From Rhodospirillales bacterium (GTDB taxonomy: Bacteria > Pseudomonadota > Alphaproteobacteria > Rhodospirillales > 2-02-FULL-58-16), in NCBI GenBank assembly GCA_046756945.1, contig JBHHXI010000003.1:1-42140 (forward strand): DNA of 42,140 bases, given 5' to 3'. Below are positions 17,705-26,487 of the stretch, one piece after another (the first letter of the stretch is position 1; every line of letters starts with the position of its first letter). The notes under the pieces were generated by a model. It searched no databases. It saw only the letters and a program-made list of their open reading frames with translations, and had not been told where the DNA came from. A program made the position numbers and the translations under genes.

Positions 17705-18595
17705 ATGGAGGAACGTTCGGTGGCGCGGACGATGACGACACAGCCGACCGATCCGTCCCCGGGCGGAACGTCCGCCGGCCCCTGTCCGGTGTGCGATGCG
17801 CCGATGACCCGCCGCAAGGCGTGGCTGTACGCGTGCCCCGCGTGCCGCTTCCTCAAGGCCGACCTGCCGCCGGGGGGCGGGGCCGACGTGGAAGGGCTGG
17901 ATGCGCTCAGGCGGGAGAACTTCGAGGTCATCCTCGACCGGCTGGAACCGCTGGTCCGGGCGGACAAACCGCGTCTTCTCGATGTCGGCTGCGCGCGCGG
18001 GATGTTCCTCGACGCGGCGCGGCGCCGCGGGATCGCCGGCACGGGAATCGAACCGGACGCCGACGCGGCGGCGGCGGCGCGCCGGGCCGGCCACGACGTG
18101 CGCGCCGGCTTTTTCCCCGAGGCGGTGGAGCCCGGCGCGCGCGTCGACATCATCAGCTTCAACGACACCTTCGAGCACCTGCCCGATCCGTCGGCCGCCC
18201 TCGACGTCTGCGGCCGCCTGTTGGAGCCCGGCGGCATCCTGATCCTCAACCTGCCGAACGGCGGCGGCATTTTTTACCGGACCGCCGCCGTGCTCGACCG
18301 GCTCGGCCTGTCCTTCCCCCTCGAGCGGCTTTGGCAGGTGCACCTGAGCTCGCCCCACCTCAGCTATTTCAACCCGCAAAACCTGACCCGGATGGCCGAA
18401 CGCCACGGATTCGCCGAGGTCGGCCGGGGCCGTCTCAAGACCATCCGCATCAGCGGGCTGTGGGCGCGCATGCGGGCCGGTCCGTCCCCGCCGCTGCCGG
18501 TGGCGGGCGCCCTTTACCTGGGCGTGGTGGTGCTCGCGCCGCTGCTCCGTCTGCTGCCCCGCGACATCATCCTGCACTTCTATCGAAAACGGTGA
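17705..18595 (+). CDS. Class I SAM-dependent methyltransferase with N-terminal Cys cluster
   Basis: CPVC...CPAC, LLDVGCARG, DTFEHLPDP, LEPGGIL; start uncertain (17705, 17720 or 17732). Confidence 0.88.
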   Translation: MEERSVARTMTTQPTDPSPGGTSAGPCPVCDAPMTRRKAWLYACPACRFLKADLPPGGGADVEGLDALRRENFEVILDRLEPLVRADKPRLLDVGCARGMFLDAARRRGIAGTGIEPDADAAAAARRAGHDVRAGFFPEAVEPGARVDIISFNDTFEHLPDPSAALDVCGRLLEPGGILILNLPNGGGIFYRTAAVLDRLGLSFPLERLWQVHLSSPHLSYFNPQNLTRMAERHGFAEVGRGRLKTIRISGLWARMRAGPSPPLPVAGALYLGVVVLAPLLRLLPRDIILHFYRKR

Positions 18596-18605
18596 GGGAT
18601 GGGTG

Positions 18606-20525
18606 TCAGTCCGGCAGGTCGGGGCTGTGGGGGTCGTCGTAGCCTTCGTACGGCCAGGATCGCACCAGCTCCCACCCCCCGTCGACGCGGCGCAGGAGGT
18701 GGGAGGCGCGCGGCGCCAGATCGACGCCCAGGTCCCGCTGCACCTCCGCCAGGGGCTGATGCACCCAGACGTGGCTGACCCGGCTCCGCGCCAGGCGGTC
18801 GCGCAACTCCCCGGGTGATTTAAGCGGGGCAAAAAGGTTGATCATCGGGCCCGCGGTCAGGCCGCGCCCGGCGCCGGTGCCGCTGGTCAGTTCGAAGTTG
18901 ATCACCGTGCCCGTGAAGCCGTTGCCGCGCGGATCGACCACCGCCAGACGCGCACCCTCGGGCAGGCTCCGTCCCAGGTCCTGGCCGACCAGACGCATGT
19001 GATCCTTCTGCGGCCGCGCGTCGATGCGCAGTTTATCGGGGAACGCCAGCGGCAGAGCGACCACCAGGGCGACCCCGAAAGCAGGAAGCAGGCGGGCGAT
19101 CCCCTTCCCGTCGGCCAGGCGCGGAGAGACGTAGCGCCGCCACAGATGGGCCAGTCCGAAGGCGGCCGCCGTGCACCCGAGGATGCCGAGCTGGGTGTTG
19201 TAGCGCCAGTAAGACCCGATGTTCCGCCCACTGTTCTCTCCGAAGATGGTGATATATGCGAACCACAGGAAAAGATTGAAGCCGATGAACACGGCGCCGG
19301 CCATGACGGCCATGCGGTCGAAGCTTCCGCGGATGCGCCACAGGCCGCGCACGGCGAACACGCTGAGCACCGCCATCATCCCGAAATAGGCGCCTTTCCT
19401 GCCCGCCGCCTCGATCATGCGTCCCAGGATCTCGAAGACATAGGGGAACAGCCACCGCTCCAGGGGAAGCACGGAAAGCTCGCCGCCCGGCATATGGCGC
19501 GTCACGTGGTAGCGCCACGATACGTAGACCACGGCGGCGGGCACCAGGAGCACCGGGACCACGCGCGCGAAGTCGCGGACACGGATTTTCGGGTCCCGCA
19601 GCACGACCAGGATCATCCCGCCCAGGAGCAGGACGAGCAGGACCAGGTTGGACTGCTTGAGGCTGACCAGGAGCGCGGCGACCAGGGCAAACTGCCAGGC
19701 CAGGGCCCGGGTGTCGGCGCGTTCGCCCCCTTCGGCCAGGGCCTCCAGCATCATCCAGCCGAGAACCCCGGCGGTGGCCAGGGTGACGGCGGTGGCGCTG
19801 TCGGCGTAGGCGGTGAATATCAGCTTCTGGACAAAGGTCGTGCTGAACAACGTGACGCCGAGAATCCCCAGCGCCGCCGCGCCCCAGGTCCGCCGCCAGG
19901 CGGCGGGGGCCTCGAGCCCCTGTTGCACCACGCGCAGGAAAACCGGGGCGAAGAGCAGCAGCAGCAGCACGTTGAACAGCGCCCCCGCGTTCTCGACGAA
20001 TGCGCCGGCCAGCTTCGACGCCAGGAAATTTGTCAGCGGCAGGGCGTAGGGATAGCCGGGCAACACCGACGGACTGGCCGGCAGGCCGAGGCGGGGGAAG
20101 GCATCGAAGGTGAGGATGTAGTGGGCGTTGGGCAGCCACTGGGAGAACTCGTCCCACTGGGAGGCGCGCATGGCCGTCACCAGGACCAGCAGCGGCAGGG
20201 CAAGGACCAGGACCCGCCACAGGGTCCCCGCGGCGGCCGGCTCAAGGCCGTGCCGCCAATCGCGGCGCCATGACGCGACGGCGCACGGAACCGCCACCGC
20301 CCACACGCCGTAGGCGAGCCATGTAAAGGGGACCGGCCCGACGACCCCGAACACCTTGAACACGCCCGTGACCACGCCCCAGCCGACGACCACGTCGGCG
20401 GCCGCGAACCGGCGCCGGCCGCCGACGAACGCGCCCAGGCCCGAGAACAGGACCGCTACCGCGAGGACGGCGAGCAGGCCCACGATCTGCTGGGCGTTGG
20501 GCGTGAAGTACTGGAAAGGGCTCAC
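18606..20525 (-). CDS. Large polytopic membrane protein, probable GT-C-fold glycosyltransferase
   Basis: About 13-15 hydrophobic segments; acidic loop motif WDEFSQW...YP; YADS, LKQ and RY motifs; C-terminal soluble domain. Confidence 0.72.
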   Translation of the reverse strand: MSPFQYFTPNAQQIVGLLAVLAVAVLFSGLGAFVGGRRRFAAADVVVGWGVVTGVFKVFGVVGPVPFTWLAYGVWAVAVPCAVASWRRDWRHGLEPAAAGTLWRVLVLALPLLVLVTAMRASQWDEFSQWLPNAHYILTFDAFPRLGLPASPSVLPGYPYALPLTNFLASKLAGAFVENAGALFNVLLLLLFAPVFLRVVQQGLEAPAAWRRTWGAAALGILGVTLFSTTFVQKLIFTAYADSATAVTLATAGVLGWMMLEALAEGGERADTRALAWQFALVAALLVSLKQSNLVLLVLLLGGMILVVLRDPKIRVRDFARVVPVLLVPAAVVYVSWRYHVTRHMPGGELSVLPLERWLFPYVFEILGRMIEAAGRKGAYFGMMAVLSVFAVRGLWRIRGSFDRMAVMAGAVFIGFNLFLWFAYITIFGENSGRNIGSYWRYNTQLGILGCTAAAFGLAHLWRRYVSPRLADGKGIARLLPAFGVALVVALPLAFPDKLRIDARPQKDHMRLVGQDLGRSLPEGARLAVVDPRGNGFTGTVINFELTSGTGAGRGLTAGPMINLFAPLKSPGELRDRLARSRVSHVWVHQPLAEVQRDLGVDLAPRASHLLRRVDGGWELVRSWPYEGYDDPHSPDLPD

Positions 20526-20763
20526 CGGTGTGTCCGGTCCCGCCTAGAGCCGGCGGCGCGGCCGACGGCGGGCGTGGCCGGTTCCCGGCACATCGCGGCC
20601 GTTGTAAAATTCACCGATTGAGACGACACTGTATACACGTTCCGGTCCACTGATTGCCTTCACCAGCCATGGAGCGGCGGCATAATTGCGCGGTATTTTG
20701 TTCTGTCGCAAGGCCCTAAATTGCCGCCGGCGCCGCCTACCCCATTACGCACGCTGAGCATCG

Positions 20764-21804
20764 ATGCCCGACGCGGAAGTCACGACCGATCCCCCCATTT
20801 GCCCCTTCGCGGCCTGCGATGCCGCCGGCAACCGCGACGTCGTCGGTCGCGGCCGGGATTTCCTGTACGGCACGACCGCCGAGGAGACCGACATCGTCCG
20901 CTGCCCGACGTGCGGCATCTGGCATCTCGCGGCGGTGCCGGACGAACGCTCCATGGCCATCATCTACCCGGCGAACTACTACGCCTTCAGCGATGCGACG
21001 GCGGAACCGCCGCTCGTCAAGCTGGTCAGGGACCGGCTGGAGAGGACGAAGATCCGCCGCTACCGCCGGCACCTGCCGGAGAGGCCGATCCGGGTCCTCG
21101 ATATCGGATGCGGTGACGGGCGCCTTCTCGACCTTTTCCGCCGACACGCGCCGGAGGACTGGGAACTCTCGGGAATCGAAATCTCCGGGGCGGCGGCCGA
21201 GGCGGCGCGGGCCAAGGGCTTCGAGGTCCTGTGCGGAGACTTCATGGCCGCCGATACCAGCGCCTGGGAGGGGCGCTTCGACCTCGTTCTCATGCATCAG
21301 GTTATCGAGCACGTGCGGGAATCCCGTCGCGCCGTACGGAAGGTGAGGACCCTGATGGCAGGGGGCGGCATCTTCTCCGTCGAAACGCCGAACACCGATG
21401 CCTGGGACGCCCGCCTCTTTCGGCGCCGCTATTGGGGGGGCTACCATCTGCCGCGCCACTTCTACCTGTTCACCAGGGAGAGCCTTGCCCGGCTGCTCAG
21501 CGAAAACGGCTTCGACGTGATTGCCAGCCAACCGATGCTGAGCCCCGTTTTGTGGATCCACTCGATCCATAACGCGTTCGCCGATCACGCGGCGCTGAAG
21601 GGCGTCGCCAGGTGGTTTAACCAGCACAACGTTCCGCTGCTCGGCCTGTTCACGGCCCTCGACGGGCTTCTCATCCTGGTCACGGGAAAAAGCTCCAACC
21701 AGCGGATGCTGGCCCGCAGGACGGACCGAGGCGGCGATGTCCGGGCCGTCGGTGCGGCCGGTCAGGGCTCGCGGAATTCGTCGACGGAAGACAGGGCCAG
21801 GTAG
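20764..21804 (+). CDS. Class I SAM-dependent methyltransferase with N-terminal Cys cluster
   Basis: CPFAAC...CPTCG, YPANYYA, VLDIGCGDG, HQVIEHV, ETPN, PRHFYLF. Confidence 0.88.
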   Translation: MPDAEVTTDPPICPFAACDAAGNRDVVGRGRDFLYGTTAEETDIVRCPTCGIWHLAAVPDERSMAIIYPANYYAFSDATAEPPLVKLVRDRLERTKIRRYRRHLPERPIRVLDIGCGDGRLLDLFRRHAPEDWELSGIEISGAAAEAARAKGFEVLCGDFMAADTSAWEGRFDLVLMHQVIEHVRESRRAVRKVRTLMAGGGIFSVETPNTDAWDARLFRRRYWGGYHLPRHFYLFTRESLARLLSENGFDVIASQPMLSPVLWIHSIHNAFADHAALKGVARWFNQHNVPLLGLFTALDGLLILVTGKSSNQRMLARRTDRGGDVRAVGAAGQGSRNSSTEDRAR

Positions 21805-22712
21805 CGCAGCAGCTTTTCTTCGCGCCGTCCCCGGCTGACGCTGTCCAGGATCAGGCCGCAGGCGAGGCAGAGGAACGCGATCAGCATCATCCCCGTGGTC
21901 AGGATCGCGGTCGGGAATCGTGGCACCAGGCCGGTCTCGAGATAGGTCACGAACAGGGGCGCGGCCAGCACCGCCGAAAGCGCCGCCAGCACGGCGAACA
22001 GGAAGGAAAAGAATTTGATCGGCCTGGTTTCCTTGAGCAGCACGAGAATGACCTTGAGGATCCGCAAGCCGTCGCGCACGCTCCTCAGCTTGCTCGCCGA
22101 TCCGGCGGCGCGCGTTCCGTAGGGCGTCGCCATCTCGCCCACCGGCAGGCCCAGATCCAGACAATGGACGGTCAGCTCGGTCTCGATCTCGAAACCGGCG
22201 GCCAGGGTCGGGAAGGACTTGACGAAGCGGCGCGAGAACACCCGGTATCCCGAAAAGATGTCGGTGAACCGGCGGCCGAACAACATGGCCACGTACCTGG
22301 TGAACAGCCTGTTGCCGAATCGGCGGGCCCCCGGGAAGGGATCGCCGCTTTCCCGCGCGCCCGCGTCCATGCGGGTCCCCACCACCATGTCCAGGTTGCG
22401 GTCGACGAGCAGCGCGATCATCTTCGGCGCGCTGTCGGCGTCGTAGGTGCCGTCGCCGTCGGCGAGGACGTAGATATCGGCCTCGATATCGGCGAACATG
22501 CGGCGCACCACATACCCCTTGCCGCGCCGTTGTTCGTGGCGGACAAGGGCGCCGGCGGCGGCGGCCTCTTCGCCCGTGCGGTCGCTGGAGGCGTTGTCGT
22601 AGACATAGACCGTCGCTTCGGGAAGCACCGCGCGGAACCGCGAAACCACCGATCGGATGGCGGCTTCCTCGTTGTAGCAGGGGAGCAGGACGGCAACTTT
22701 CGGCTCTGGCAT
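21762..22712 (-). CDS. GT2 polyprenyl-phosphate glycosyltransferase (GtrB/ArnC-like)
   Basis: LLPCYNEE, DNASSD, ADGDGTY, DIFSGYR, GFEIETE, two C-terminal TM helices. Confidence 0.9.
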   Translation of the reverse strand: MPEPKVAVLLPCYNEEAAIRSVVSRFRAVLPEATVYVYDNASSDRTGEEAAAAGALVRHEQRRGKGYVVRRMFADIEADIYVLADGDGTYDADSAPKMIALLVDRNLDMVVGTRMDAGARESGDPFPGARRFGNRLFTRYVAMLFGRRFTDIFSGYRVFSRRFVKSFPTLAAGFEIETELTVHCLDLGLPVGEMATPYGTRAAGSASKLRSVRDGLRILKVILVLLKETRPIKFFSFLFAVLAALSAVLAAPLFVTYLETGLVPRFPTAILTTGMMLIAFLCLACGLILDSVSRGRREEKLLRYLALSSVDEFREP

Positions 22713-22882
22713 TGTCTGGTCTTCTACCCCCCCCGGGCACCATAAAGGGCGCCATTCGGCGGTGCAAGGTTGGCCCGGGAACGGCGGAAAAGGTCGGAAT
22801 TCCAGCCTTTCCGCCGCCCCTCGCCATAGGTCCCTTATGCCTGTACCATGCGTCCGGTCGCCACGGTTGGGAGAACGACGGC

Positions 22883-23581
22883 GTGCCGGATTCCGGTTCA
22901 GACACCCTGGCGGGGATCGATCTGCTGGCTGGCCTGACGCCCGAGCAATTGAGCGGGTTCGAGCGGCTGTGCCGGTGGAAGCGCTATCCCGCCCGGGAAC
23001 AGATCATCGACCGCCAGAGCGAGACCAGCGACGTTTTCTTCATCGTCAGCGGTCGCGTGCGCGTGGTCAATTACTCGGTATCGGGGCAGGAGATCACCTT
23101 CAACGACATGGCCGAAGGCAGCCACTTCGGCGAGCTGGCCGCCCTCGACGGCCAGCCCCGTTCGGCGAGCGTCATGGCGCTGAGCGACAGCCTGATCGCG
23201 TCCATGCCGCCGGAGCATTTTCTGGGGATGCTGGAAAAGTATCCGTCCGTGGCCCGGAAGGTCATGGTGCATCTGGCCCAGGTGGTGCGCGTCACCACCG
23301 ACCGCGTCATGGACCTGAGCACGGTGGGGGCGACCAACAGGGTGCATGCCGATCTCCTGCGCCTGGCGCAGAATTTCGCCGGCGCCGGCAACGAGGTGGC
23401 CATTCATCCCATCCCCGTGCACGGTGACATCGCCAGCCGCGTCAGCACCACCCGCGAAACCGTCGCCCGGGTCATGAACGACCTGGCCCGCCAGGGCATC
23501 GTCGAGCGCAGGAAAGACACCCTCGTCATCCGCAACATGAAGCGCCTGCAGGACATGGTCGAGGAAGTGCGCGGCGGGTAG
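22883..23581 (+). CDS. Crp/Fnr-family transcriptional regulator with cyclic-nucleotide-binding domain
   Basis: FGELAALDGQPRSA phosphate-binding cassette; HTH IASRVSTTRETVAR; GGGAG RBS before GTG at 22883; no Fnr cysteine cluster. Confidence 0.92.
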   Translation: MPDSGSDTLAGIDLLAGLTPEQLSGFERLCRWKRYPAREQIIDRQSETSDVFFIVSGRVRVVNYSVSGQEITFNDMAEGSHFGELAALDGQPRSASVMALSDSLIASMPPEHFLGMLEKYPSVARKVMVHLAQVVRVTTDRVMDLSTVGATNRVHADLLRLAQNFAGAGNEVAIHPIPVHGDIASRVSTTRETVARVMNDLARQGIVERRKDTLVIRNMKRLQDMVEEVRGG

Positions 23582-23643
23582 GCGACGCGGTCCCGTCTGC
23601 GCCGCGCCCCGGCGGCGGAATTTCCCGTTCAATTAAATGCCCG

Positions 23644-23665
23644 TCCTGTGACGACGGTCACAGGA
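23644..23665. promoter_or_regulatory. CRP-type binding site
   Basis: TCC-TGTGA-CGACGG-TCACA-GGA: exact TGTGA-N6-TCACA core (23647-23662) inside a palindrome with 9-bp perfect arms. Confidence 0.8.
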
Positions 23666-23680
23666 GGCGGAAGCGAACCG

Positions 23681-23689
23681 TGACATTCT
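23681..23689 (+). promoter_or_regulatory. Extended -10 element (TGnCATTCT) of a putative class II CRP-dependent promoter
   Basis: Placing CATTCT at -12..-7 gives +1 near 23696 and the CRP box centre at -41.5. Confidence 0.55.
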
Positions 23690-23748
23690 TCGCCTGGGAA
23701 CAACCGGTCGAACAACGGTTCGGCCGGGGGATTGGAGAGGAAACCGTG

Positions 23749-23892
23749 ATGACGACCTGGAAGGCCTTTGTGGTCGCGTTGCTCCTGGTTCTGGCTTCGG
23801 CGGCAGGCGCGTTGCCGATGGAATTCTGGGGTGCCCCGGTCCTCGAGGGCGTTTCCACCGTCTCGAGTGAAACCGCCAATCCCGTAATGTGA
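23749..23892 (+). CDS. 47-aa small protein with signal peptide or single TM
   Basis: GGAGAGG RBS (23734-23740), ATG at 23749 (or GTG at 23746); MTTWKAFVVALLLVLASAAGA|LPMEFWGAPVLEGVSTVSSETANPVM; followed by a terminator. Confidence 0.7.
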   Translation: MTTWKAFVVALLLVLASAAGALPMEFWGAPVLEGVSTVSSETANPVM

Positions 23893-23950
23893 ACCTCCCA
23901 ACCCCTTACGACCCAGACTACGGCCGCCCTTGTGGCGGCCTTTTTTCTTT
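23893..23950 (+). ncRNA. Candidate 3'-UTR-derived sRNA (suhB/MmgR-like architecture)
   Basis: C-rich stretch with anti-SD CCTCCC (23894-23899), then CCAGACTA, then GC hairpin and U-tail. Confidence 0.4.
23922..23946 (+). terminator. Rho-independent terminator
   Basis: GGCCGCC-CTTGT-GGCGGCC followed by TTTTTT. Confidence 0.9.
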
Positions 23951-24113
23951 CCGCCGGGCGCCCGGTTTGACTCGGCTAATCCGATCCTCCATCATTTCCC
24001 GACGGTGATGGCGCGCCCTTTTTGCTCCGGTCCCCCGGCACCGTGTTCACCCCGGCGACGACGGCGATCCCGGCGGGATTGCGCAACGAAGGGCCTGAAA
24101 ACCGGCAGACACC

Positions 24114-24479
24114 ATGGCCAAGACCATCCTCATCGTCGAGGACAATGAACTCAACATGAAGCTGTTCAACGATCTGTTGCAGGCCCACGGCTACGACACC
24201 GTGCAGACGAAGGACGGCAAGGAAGCCATGAAACTGGCCCGCAGCCACCGCCCCGACCTCATCGTCATGGATATCCAGATGCCCCAGATCTCCGGGCTCG
24301 AAATCGCGCGGGCGCTGAAGGCGGATGCCAGGCTCAAGCACATCCCGATCATCGCGGTTACGGCCTGCGCCATGAAGGGGGACGAGGAAAAGATCCGCCA
24401 GGGGGGCTGCGAAGACTACATCGCCAAGCCCATTTCCGTTCCCCACTTCCTGCAAACGGTGGCCCGGTTCCTGGACTGA
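24114..24479 (+). CDS. divK: Single-domain response regulator DivK
   Basis: [56 protein letters not shown] match my recollection of DivK. Confidence 0.9.
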   Translation: MAKTILIVEDNELNMKLFNDLLQAHGYDTVQTKDGKEAMKLARSHRPDLIVMDIQMPQISGLEIARALKADARLKHIPIIAVTACAMKGDEEKIRQGGCEDYIAKPISVPHFLQTVARFLD

Positions 24480-24552
24480 CAGCGAAAGCCAGGACGATCG
24501 GGGCGTCCCGACCCGGGAAGCCGGCGACCGCGGGCCTTCGCCTTGCGGCGGG

Positions 24553-24720
24553 TTACTTGATCTTGGCTTCCTTGAAGGGGACGTGCTTGCGGACCACCGG
24601 GTCGTACTTGCGGAACACCATCTTTTCGGTGGTGTTGCGCGGGTTCTTCTTGGTCACGTAATAGAACCCGGTGTCGGCGGTGCTGACCAGCTTGATCAGA
24701 ATGGTGGCGGATTTGGCCAT
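24553..24720 (-). CDS. rpmG: 50S ribosomal protein L33 (Cys-less form); absent from the ORF track
   Basis: Manual translation: [55 protein letters not shown]. Confidence 0.97.
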   Translation of the reverse strand: MAKSATILIKLVSTADTGFYYVTKKNPRNTTEKMVFRKYDPVVRKHVPFKEAKIK

Positions 24721-24820
24721 GCTCCGGTCCTTGTCCGAGGCGGATGAGCGGGCGTCAGGCGGCGCACGATACAGGCCGTGCCGGCGCTGTCAAGGGCGGC
24801 CCCGGCGCCGCCGCCGGTTG

Positions 24821-26446
24821 CTAGTACTGGGCCTGGGAGGTGGGCGCGGTCAGGTCCAGGGCGCGGCCGTAGAGCGTGCGGTCGCCCAGCAGCCGGCGCG
24901 CCACCTCGATTTCCACGGCTTTGCGCCGCCGTTCCGCCGGACAGGCGGCGCGCAAGCTTCGGCGCCGCTTTTTCTCGCCCAAGCCGGCGGTGCGCCAGTT
25001 CGCCCGGGCGGTGGCGATCTTGACCTTCCCCCCGAAAACCGCGGCAATCAGTTTCCGGACGTTGCCGGCGGCGCCACTGGTGCAGATGACGGGCATCACG
25101 CCGAGGCCGTGCAGCACGTATCCCGAAGGGGTGACCAGGCGCGACCATGTGAGGGTGATCTCGCCGTCGTTGGGCAGGCGGATCACGGTCTGTACCGTGC
25201 CCTTGCCGAACGAGGTGGTGCCGATGACCACGGCGCGCCCGTGGTCCTGCAGGGCGGCGGCGATGATCTCCGCCGCCGAGGCCGATTTGCCGTCCACCAG
25301 GACGACCAGGGGAAGGCCGTGGGCCATGTCTTCACCACCGGCATCGTAGCGCTGCTCGCTGTCCGGGTGACGCCCGTGGGTGCGCACGATCTGGCCCCGG
25401 CTGAGGAACAGGTCGGCGACCTCGATGGACTGTTTCAGGAGCCCGCCCGGGTTGCCGCGCAGGTCCAGCACCAGGCCTTTGGGGCTGCCCGCCAACCCGT
25501 CGAGCGCCTTCGTCAGCTTGGCGGCGACGCTGGCGGCGGTGCGCTGGTTGAACGAGGTGATGGTCAGGAAAACGATGCCGTGGTCGCGGCGCTCGGTGAC
25601 CGTCGGGAGAACGATGTGCCGGCGCTCCATCACCAGCGCCAGGGGCCCGGCCACGCCCTCGCGGCGCACGGTGAGGGCGACGCGGCTATGGCTCGGGCCG
25701 CGCAGGCGTTCGACCACGTCGTGCCTTTTGAAATCCCGGACGGACACGCCGTCCACGTGGGTGATGCTGTCGCCCTTCCTGAGGCCGGCGCGGGCCGCCG
25801 GGGTGTCGGCCATGACCTGGGTCACCCGCGCCGCCCCCGCCTTCATGCGGATGCGGATGCCGATTCCGTCGAATCCGTCGCGTTTCTCGCGGTTCCTCCT
25901 GGCCTCCTCGGCCCCGGCGTAGCGCGAGAAGATGTCGAGGCTGGAAAGGACGCCGTCGAATACCGCCTCGTACAGCTTTTCGTCGGACGCGGTCCGCAAC
26001 GCTTTCGACGTCCGCCGCCCCGCCGCCGACACCTTCGCGGTGAGGGCCGCCCAGCCCTCGACGTCGTCGTCGGCCGGGGCCGGAAAACGGGCGATCGTGT
26101 GTTCCGAGGCGGCGAGGACGATCACGTCTCCGGCGCGCCTCACCGTCAACGCCGGATCGATGGCGCCCAGCCCGCGCATGCCCTCCATGGCGAGGGTCGC
26201 CGCCGGCACGGCGTCGATGTACTTCTCGGTGATGCTGGCGTAGCCGGCGGCGAAGATCTCCGCGTCCGGCCGCTCGGGAAGCTGCTGTGTGAACAACGGC
26301 GAGACGGCGTCCGCCGGCGGCGGAGGGCGCACCGGCGCGCACGCGGCCGCCAACCACGCCGCCACGACGACGACGCCCGGAATTCCAATTTTACCCGACC
26401 ACACCATGGCGCGGATTGTCTGCGATTTCGGTGCGCGCGTCACCAT
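24821..26446 (-). CDS. S41 C-terminal processing protease with PDZ domain, probable lipoprotein
   Basis: GIGI PDZ, LDLRGNPGGLL, SASAAEI (Ser), SFGKGTVQ (Lys); lipobox LAAAC; AAGGAGG before ATG at 26446 (alternative 26407). Confidence 0.88.
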   Translation of the reverse strand: MVTRAPKSQTIRAMVWSGKIGIPGVVVVAAWLAAACAPVRPPPPADAVSPLFTQQLPERPDAEIFAAGYASITEKYIDAVPAATLAMEGMRGLGAIDPALTVRRAGDVIVLAASEHTIARFPAPADDDVEGWAALTAKVSAAGRRTSKALRTASDEKLYEAVFDGVLSSLDIFSRYAGAEEARRNREKRDGFDGIGIRIRMKAGAARVTQVMADTPAARAGLRKGDSITHVDGVSVRDFKRHDVVERLRGPSHSRVALTVRREGVAGPLALVMERRHIVLPTVTERRDHGIVFLTITSFNQRTAASVAAKLTKALDGLAGSPKGLVLDLRGNPGGLLKQSIEVADLFLSRGQIVRTHGRHPDSEQRYDAGGEDMAHGLPLVVLVDGKSASAAEIIAAALQDHGRAVVIGTTSFGKGTVQTVIRLPNDGEITLTWSRLVTPSGYVLHGLGVMPVICTSGAAGNVRKLIAAVFGGKVKIATARANWRTAGLGEKKRRRSLRAACPAERRRKAVEIEVARRLLGDRTLYGRALDLTAPTSQAQY

Positions 26447-26487
26447 CGGAGTTGCGGCCTCCTTTCGGGCGCCCGGGACCGGCCGAA

